DNA of 18,687 bases from an uncultured Aquificales bacterium (lineage in GTDB: Bacteria > Thermosulfidibacterota > Thermosulfidibacteria > Thermosulfidibacterales > Thermosulfidibacteraceae), in contig CAYPLO010000013.1 in NCBI GenBank assembly GCA_964411615.1, forward strand, positions 1 to 18,687, given 5' to 3'. Below are positions 16,955 to 18,687 of this stretch, in pieces. Below the pieces are notes generated by a model, which made no database searches, was not told where the DNA came from, and saw only the letters and a list, made by a program, of their open reading frames with translations. The translations under genes were made by a program, and so were the position numbers. The number at the start of each line of letters is the position of its first letter. Within the stretch, counting starts at the first letter, position 1.

Positions 16955-18687
16955 GAACGCCCAGAAGAGAATCGTAGAGTGGAACAACAGCGGTGTTAAG
17001 GGGTGGTTTCAGGTCTACGCCTACACCAAGGAGATAGACGGTATAATAAGGGCCATCCTCAGGGAGGCCTTTGCCATGGCCCCTCCCACCTATTCAGTTG
17101 TTGCCCTTGGTGGATACGGCAGGAGGGAGCTGAACCTCTGCTCCGACCTTGACCTCATGTTCCTGTGGAGGACCCCTCTGTCTGAGAGGGAGGAGGAGGC
17201 CATAAACCGTGCCATCCAGAGACTCTGGGACCTCGGCCTTGATGTGGGCCACTCCTACAGGAGCATAGACGAGGCCATATCCCTGGCCAGGGAGGACGAT
17301 GCCACTAAGTGCGCCTACCTTGATGCCAGACTACTGGGGGGCAGCATAAATCCCTACTATGTCTTTGTGAATCGCATCCACAAGGAGCTGCTGGGACAGG
17401 ACCCGGGCATCTTCTATAAGATAATGGACAGGTGGCTTGAGGAGAGGTACTGCAGGTATGGCTCATCCATGTACCTTCTTGAGCCCAATGTGAAGGAGAG
17501 CCCCGGGGGCCTCAGGGACCTGCACACCTGTTACTGGGTGGGAAAGGAGATTTACGGGGTTGTGAGCTTCTCTGACCTTAAGAAGAAGGGGCTTTTGACC
17601 CTCCTTGAGTACGAGGCCCTTGACGAGGCCAGGGACTTTCTGTGGAGGGTGAGAAACGCCATTCATCAGCGCAGAAGGAGAAAGAACGATATACTCACCA
17701 TAGATATACAGCCGGAGATTGCCTACCAGCTGGGGTACAGGGATACCAGGGGGCTTCTCGGTGTCGAGTACTTCATGAGGGACTTCTACAACCACGTGAG
17801 GAATGTGCGCAGGGTTACAAGTGCCTTTCTTTTAAGAACAAAGGAAGAGCTGTTCCCCAAAACCCAGGTATCCATAGAGCCCCTCCGTGTCCTCATGGAG
17901 GAGAGGTTTGAGACCCCCGCCCATTTCCTGAACGAAGTGGTCAACATGCTGGATAGAAACGTGGACTTTGAGCTCTTCTACAGGGCCTTCTGGGTTCCTC
18001 CGCTACACTGGAAGGAGAGCCACATGCTATCGGAGGAGACCCGAAGGGCCTTTGTGAGGCTCTTGAACCATCCCAGAAGCTACAGTGCCCTTAAGTTTCT
18101 GCACGAGATTGGTTTCTTGGAAAGGCTCATCCCCGAATTTGGAAAGATAACAGGACTCATGCAGTTTGACCTCTATCATAAGTTCACCGTGGACGAGCAT
18201 ACCCTCCTTGCCATAAAGAACGTTGAGGAGCTTTCCCAGAAGGAGCATCCCATGTACCACAGGCTTAAGGGGATATACAGTGCCCTACTGGAAAGCTCAA
18301 AGAAGTATCTACTCATGCTTGCTGTTCTTCTTCACGATATAGGCAAAGGCAAAGGTGGTGGACATGCGGCCAGAGGGGCCCGTATAGCGGCGGAGATACT
18401 GGAGAAGTTTGGCTTCTCAGAGGAAGAGGTGAACCTCATAACCTTCCTTGTGAAGAACCACACCCTCATGTCAGAGTTCGCCTTCAGGAGGGACATATCC
18501 AGTTCAAAGACTGTGGCCTCCTTCGCATCAATGATGGGAGACGTTGAAAAACTCAACATGCTTTATCTGCTCACATACGCAGATGTTTCCGCCATATCGC
18601 CGGAGCTGTGGAACGAGTGGAAGGCGGCCCTTCTGGAGAGTCTTTACGTTCAGTCCCTTGAGTTCCTCACCCTTGAGGGAAGGGCCA
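16911..18687 (+). CDS. glnD: [Protein-PII] uridylyltransferase, 3'-truncated by the window end
   Basis: Translated by hand from ATG 16911 (GGGGTGA upstream): [10 protein letters not shown]...[70 protein letters not shown] (HD domain), LYLLTYAD and WNEWK. Open to the window end; overlaps ppx by 44 nt. Confidence 0.93.
   Translation, partial: MSLREKVEDYRARVKNAQKRIVEWNNSGVKGWFQVYAYTKEIDGIIRAILREAFAMAPPTYSVVALGGYGRRELNLCSDLDLMFLWRTPLSEREEEAINRAIQRLWDLGLDVGHSYRSIDEAISLAREDDATKCAYLDARLLGGSINPYYVFVNRIHKELLGQDPGIFYKIMDRWLEERYCRYGSSMYLLEPNVKESPGGLRDLHTCYWVGKEIYGVVSFSDLKKKGLLTLLEYEALDEARDFLWRVRNAIHQRRRRKNDILTIDIQPEIAYQLGYRDTRGLLGVEYFMRDFYNHVRNVRRVTSAFLLRTKEELFPKTQVSIEPLRVLMEERFETPAHFLNEVVNMLDRNVDFELFYRAFWVPPLHWKESHMLSEETRRAFVRLLNHPRSYSALKFLHEIGFLERLIPEFGKITGLMQFDLYHKFTVDEHTLLAIKNVEELSQKEHPMYHRLKGIYSALLESSKKYLLMLAVLLHDIGKGKGGGHAARGARIAAEILEKFGFSEEEVNLITFLVKNHTLMSEFAFRRDISSSKTVASFASMMGDVEKLNMLYLLTYADVSAISPELWNEWKAALLESLYVQSLEFLTLEGRA

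Noticed and set aside
1..18687. tRNA, rRNA, CRISPR arrays, IS elements, intrinsic terminators
   Set aside because: None recognised; intergenic gaps are all under about 100 bp and show no such structure.

Overview
Bacterial window, probably from a thermophile (E/K/R/V-rich proteins, AGG/AGA Arg codons, tightly overlapping genes); the taxon cannot be fixed from sequence alone. 1-6676 is the 3' end of an AT-richer nonulosonic acid (pseudaminic-type) glycan cluster: a partial Rossmann-domain gene, an ATP-grasp ligase, a GH57-family protein, a NeuB/PseI-family synthase, pseB and pseC. A sialidase-like beta-propeller gene follows, behind a well-formed sigma54 -24/-12 promoter motif. Next come divergently transcribed glcD-like and glcF-like genes with a perfect 7-1-7 palindrome between them. 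The rest is a GC-richer core run: rpmB, an AddA-like helicase whose RecB-type nuclease domain sits in a separate ORF, addB, ppx/gppA and glnD (runs off the end; absent from the supplied ORF track). Best candidates for undescribed biology: (1) a possible variant Pse pathway in which the ATP-grasp and GH57 proteins stand in for PseH/PseG, (2) a sigma54-controlled cytoplasmic sialidase-like enzyme next to pse genes, and (3) a three-polypeptide AddAB. All calls rest on motif recognition by eye; no database searches were run.
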